From assembly GCA_964454295.1 (NCBI GenBank), contig CAYVTV010000001.1:1111-65110 (forward strand): a DNA stretch of 64,000 nucleotides, read 5' to 3'. Positions 61,033 to 64,000 of this stretch are shown here, one piece after another. The stretch's first letter is position 1, and every line of letters begins with the position of its first letter. The notes beneath the pieces are model-generated. The model was given only the letters and a program-made list of their open reading frames with translations, did not search any database and was not told the DNA's origin. Source of the DNA: an uncultured Bacteroidaceae bacterium (GTDB lineage Bacteria > Bacteroidota > Bacteroidia > Bacteroidales > GCA-2748055). A program made the position numbers and the translations under genes.

Positions 61033-63228
61033 TTACTCCTGGGTTAGTTTATCAGGTTCCTGTAAAATAATTCTTGCCACATTGGTTGCGTGGGAGTAAA
61101 TAGTAGCCAGTAATGTCATCAATTCAAGGTGTGTTTTGCTCGTTTTTACGGAACTTTCTATCAATCCGGCCAGCCGTTTATAGTGGCTGCGCTGGAATTC
61201 CAGTGCCACCTGTTTATATTTCTGATGTTTCTTTTCCATGAGGAGTGCCTTTTCCAGGTTATATTCCCTGAAAACAGCTATAGCTCTGGAGATTTGTTTT
61301 TCAACCTGGAGATGGAATTCAGATAGTTCTTTTTTCCCTTCCTCGCTGAATTCGAGGTCGGAATTAACCCATCTTCCCGCTTTTTCGAGATATAAAGCAC
61401 TTACAATATCGGCGATCTGTTCAAATTCTTTAACAGTATAGAGCATTTCGAAAGCTTCATTTATCCGTTCTTTTTTTGTATGGCTTGAAGCCGTTTTCAG
61501 TACGAAGTTATTAATACTGTCGGTAAGGAAATCCACCTCCTCTTCTTTTTGCATCATCCAGGCGACATCGGGGTGTTCTTTTACCACAAAAGGGCTAAGG
61601 AAGTTATTCACCATATCCTGCACAATATGGGCAAGGTGGACAATTTCTTCCTTAACGAGACTGAGTGCGAGGGATGGTGGCATATCCGGTTCATCCCTGA
61701 GGTATTTTGTTTTCAGCAGTGTTTTCTCTTCTGTTTTAACGGGGATGATCCTCTCGATAAGTTTTGCGAAGGTATTCAGGAATGGCAGGAGGATCAGGGT
61801 TATGAGCACGTTGAAGAGAGTATGTGCATTGGCAATTTGTCTTGGCAGTTCCGCTGCAACCAGATTCATCTGGTCTGAGTGACCTGCTGCAGGGGATATG
61901 GCTTTGATCAGCCTGATAAAGTCGGGGATCCACCATACGATAATTAGAACTCCCATAATTTTAAACAGGGTATGAGCGAGGGCAACTCTTTTGGCTTCTC
62001 TGGAGATATTGATTGAAGCGAGGATAGCTGTCACTGCAGTCCCTATGTTGGCACCGAGGAGGAGGGGCACACTTGCTTCGAGACTTAGGAGTCCCTGGGT
62101 TGCCAGCACTATCATTATTCCGATAAATGCTCCGCTGCTTTGAATAAGTGCAGTAAACAGTGCACCGGTGATAATTCCGGTAACCGGATTTTCAAGTTTT
62201 AAAATAAATTGAATAAAGGGTTCGTAGGTTCTCAGGGGATACATTGCTTCCGACATGATATGCATGCCGAAGAACAGGATCCCGAAGCCCAGAATAGCTT
62301 CACCGGTGTATTTTATTTTTTCTTTTTTAGGGAAAGTCTGCACCGCAAATCCCAGGGCTATCATCAGCAGTGCATAGTCGGTAAGTTTAAAGGCAATTAG
62401 CTGGGCTGTGATGGTTGTACCTATGTCGGCTCCCAGGATTATTCCCAGCGACTGTGCAAATTTTATAAGCCCGGCATTAACAAAGCTGATAAGCATTACT
62501 GTTGTTGCGCTGCTGCTCTGGATAACCATTGTCACGAATGTGCCCAGTCCCAGTGCATAGATACGATTGCGTGTAAGGCTGCTGAGAATACTCCGCATCT
62601 TATCTCCGGCAGACTTTTGCATTCCGGTACTCATCATGTTCATTCCCAGGAGAAAAAGACCCAGTCCGCCCAGCAGTCCGAATATCAGCATTATCAACCA
62701 GTTGTTTGCCAGGGCGCTGAAACGGAATATAACGAAGCCGTTGTCGGCAGAACCTTTGATTCTGGCCAGCAGCGTATATTCCCCTTTTTTGGTTCCCAGG
62801 GTAACCTGTGTCACAGCTATTCCGGCGCTGTCGGTAGCAGATATCTTCGGGTCAATTATTAGTCCGGCAGAACCTTGTGGTCCGCTTAGTTCCTCAAATA
62901 CTACAGGGATATTTGCGAGCGGATGGCCGTTCTCATCAGTAACTTTAACCCGGAGGGGATTAGTGAGTATCCTGCCTGTCCTGGCCTGCTGGTTATCGCC
63001 TGTATAGCTGGTAATACCGGGGTTAACCTGTTTGTCGATATGAAGGGTGTCGGCGGCGTTCGCTTCCGGGGAGAGAGAAAGAAGGAGGAAAAGGAGTAAG
63101 AGAGTTTGTAATACTTTGTATGTATTTCTTCCTTTTAGTATTAAATAATAGTTCGTTAAATTAAAATAAAACGCAAAGGCGCAAAGGCGCAATATGTTGA
63201 TTATTAACAATATGAGTAATTTAAGCAT
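61033..63228 (-). CDS. Na/Pi cotransporter family protein with a PhoU-like C-terminal region and an extra N-terminal Ig-like periplasmic domain
   Basis: The Na/Pi-cotransporter TM core ([13 protein letters not shown]..., [11 protein letters not shown]) is followed by PhoU-like helices. The first 28 codons of the annotated ORF are encoded by MITE-like copy Y (see findings). Confidence 0.85.
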   Translation of the reverse strand: MLKLLILLIINILRLCAFAFYFNLTNYYLILKGRNTYKVLQTLLLLFLLLSLSPEANAADTLHIDKQVNPGITSYTGDNQQARTGRILTNPLRVKVTDENGHPLANIPVVFEELSGPQGSAGLIIDPKISATDSAGIAVTQVTLGTKKGEYTLLARIKGSADNGFVIFRFSALANNWLIMLIFGLLGGLGLFLLGMNMMSTGMQKSAGDKMRSILSSLTRNRIYALGLGTFVTMVIQSSSATTVMLISFVNAGLIKFAQSLGIILGADIGTTITAQLIAFKLTDYALLMIALGFAVQTFPKKEKIKYTGEAILGFGILFFGMHIMSEAMYPLRTYEPFIQFILKLENPVTGIITGALFTALIQSSGAFIGIMIVLATQGLLSLEASVPLLLGANIGTAVTAILASINISREAKRVALAHTLFKIMGVLIIVWWIPDFIRLIKAISPAAGHSDQMNLVAAELPRQIANAHTLFNVLITLILLPFLNTFAKLIERIIPVKTEEKTLLKTKYLRDEPDMPPSLALSLVKEEIVHLAHIVQDMVNNFLSPFVVKEHPDVAWMMQKEEEVDFLTDSINNFVLKTASSHTKKERINEAFEMLYTVKEFEQIADIVSALYLEKAGRWVNSDLEFSEEGKKELSEFHLQVEKQISRAIAVFREYNLEKALLMEKKHQKYKQVALEFQRSHYKRLAGLIESSVKTSKTHLELMTLLATIYSHATNVARIILQEPDKLTQE

Positions 63229-63281
63229 GAATTGTTAAAGTATTCATTAACAGCGGGATATGAAAATATAACAAACTATTG
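63146..63281. mobile_element. MITE-like element, family 2, copy Y (136 bp), inserted in the 5' codons of the Na/Pi transporter gene
   Basis: TIRs taatagttcgtta ... taacaaactattg, flanked by the direct repeat ATTAAA (63140-45 and 63282-87). Confidence 0.75.
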
Positions 63282-63320
63282 ATTAAAGACATACGAAATT
63301 TAATATAAGCCTGAATCTCT

Positions 63321-64000
63321 TTAATAGATCAAAGGAATATCAAACTTCTGTTCTTTTTTTCCTGGTTTTTTGCATCCGAACATCAGGTTCAGTCCGAGGC
63401 GGAAATTTACAAAACGAGCTTCATAGGGCCAGAATGCTGCTGACGGGCCTGTATCAGTGATAAGGTAAAGGTTGAAAGGCCCGGGTTTAAATGAAAGACC
63501 TATTCCCAGGTTTTTATAATACCCGTCGATTATTGAATAGGAGAAAGCAGTGCTGAGCATCCGTATGGGGTAAAAGTTAGCTGAGAGGGTAAACTGCTGG
63601 CGGATATCTCCATCAAGAATTTCAGTACGTGACAGGGCGCCGAAACTGATTCTTGGGTGAGGGTATAGTGCGACACCGGCATACACTTTTGCGGGAAGGG
63701 AGGTTGAATAGGGATTTTCAGCTGCAGAAAATTTGAATACCTGTTCAAGGGAATCAGCCAGATCCTGCATGAAGTCTTCTGAGTCCATATTGACTTCCAC
63801 ACCCATAAAATCATATTCAGCATTATTTTCGAGGTTATACACGTAATCATTCCAGTTGATCCATCCGAAGTCAACCAGGCTGGCTGAAACCTGCAGCCAT
63901 TGCAAAGGCCTGAAGTCGACACCTATATCCATGGCAAGTCCTGAGTTTTTTGGGTTAAGGATAACAGAGGGAAGGTCGCCGGGAATTTCCAGGTCCCGTG
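63321..64000 (-). CDS. Hypothetical beta-rich (outer-membrane-like) protein; the 5' end lies beyond the window
   Basis: The frame stays open upstream of the Met at 63932 to the window edge. The sequence alternates hydrophobic residues and is aromatic-rich, and it ends ...FDIPLIY. Confidence 0.5.
   Translation of the reverse strand, partial: RDLEIPGDLPSVILNPKNSGLAMDIGVDFRPLQWLQVSASLVDFGWINWNDYVYNLENNAEYDFMGVEVNMDSEDFMQDLADSLEQVFKFSAAENPYSTSLPAKVYAGVALYPHPRISFGALSRTEILDGDIRQQFTLSANFYPIRMLSTAFSYSIIDGYYKNLGIGLSFKPGPFNLYLITDTGPSAAFWPYEARFVNFRLGLNLMFGCKKPGKKEQKFDIPLIY

Noticed and set aside
1-64000. tRNA, rRNA, tmRNA, RNase P or SRP RNA genes in the larger intergenic gaps
   Set aside because: No cloverleaf-type conserved boxes (for example GGTTCGAATCC-like T-arms) or other recognisable RNA gene signatures were seen. 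The larger gaps are accounted for by repeats. A covariance-model scan would be needed to be certain.

Overview
This window looks like a Bacteroidota chromosome segment. The evidence is T9SS C-terminal sorting domains, a PorP/SprF gene next to a giant SprB-repeat adhesin, TAnnTTTG promoter motifs, and the ileS-dksA-lspA gene order. I found no rRNA, tRNA or CRISPR array. The layout is as follows. (1) 1-20.9 kb is a single-strand, visibly AT-rich polysaccharide biosynthesis operon of about 20 genes. It encodes a Wzx flippase, a Wzy-like polymerase, five glycosyltransferases, an acyl-amino-sugar cassette (DegT + MaoC + CitE-like + NeuD-like) and an amino-acid/amide decoration set (two FemAB-like proteins, an ATP-grasp enzyme, an AsnB-like enzyme, CapA, a deacetylase). 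It ends with DUF354, an inserted T9SS cargo gene and wecB. (2) 20.9-26.1 kb is a decayed accessory island. It holds an orphan DarG-like macrodomain antitoxin with no DarT, three ATPase remnants, a degraded second copy of DUF354-wecB, and an intact MazEF-like pair. (3) 26-35 kb holds GC-richer polysaccharide genes: a deacetylase-like gene, a frameshifted initiating sugar transferase, a Wzi-like gene, an epimerase, gmd and fcl. (4) 35-64 kb is housekeeping (rnr, cysS, ribE, ileS, lspA, rbfA, trpS, ung), plus a 1887-aa adhesin that contains a near-perfect 729-bp tandem duplication. The most unusual signal is non-coding. Intergenic gaps are filled with modular repeats built from 7-9 bp bricks. These include at least 15 copies of a ~100-nt hairpin (CCTTYGTG...GTGGTTAA...CACRAAGG), long octamer tandem arrays, and a ~137-bp MITE-like element. 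One copy of that element sits inside the first codons of a Na/Pi transporter gene and supplies a replacement start codon.
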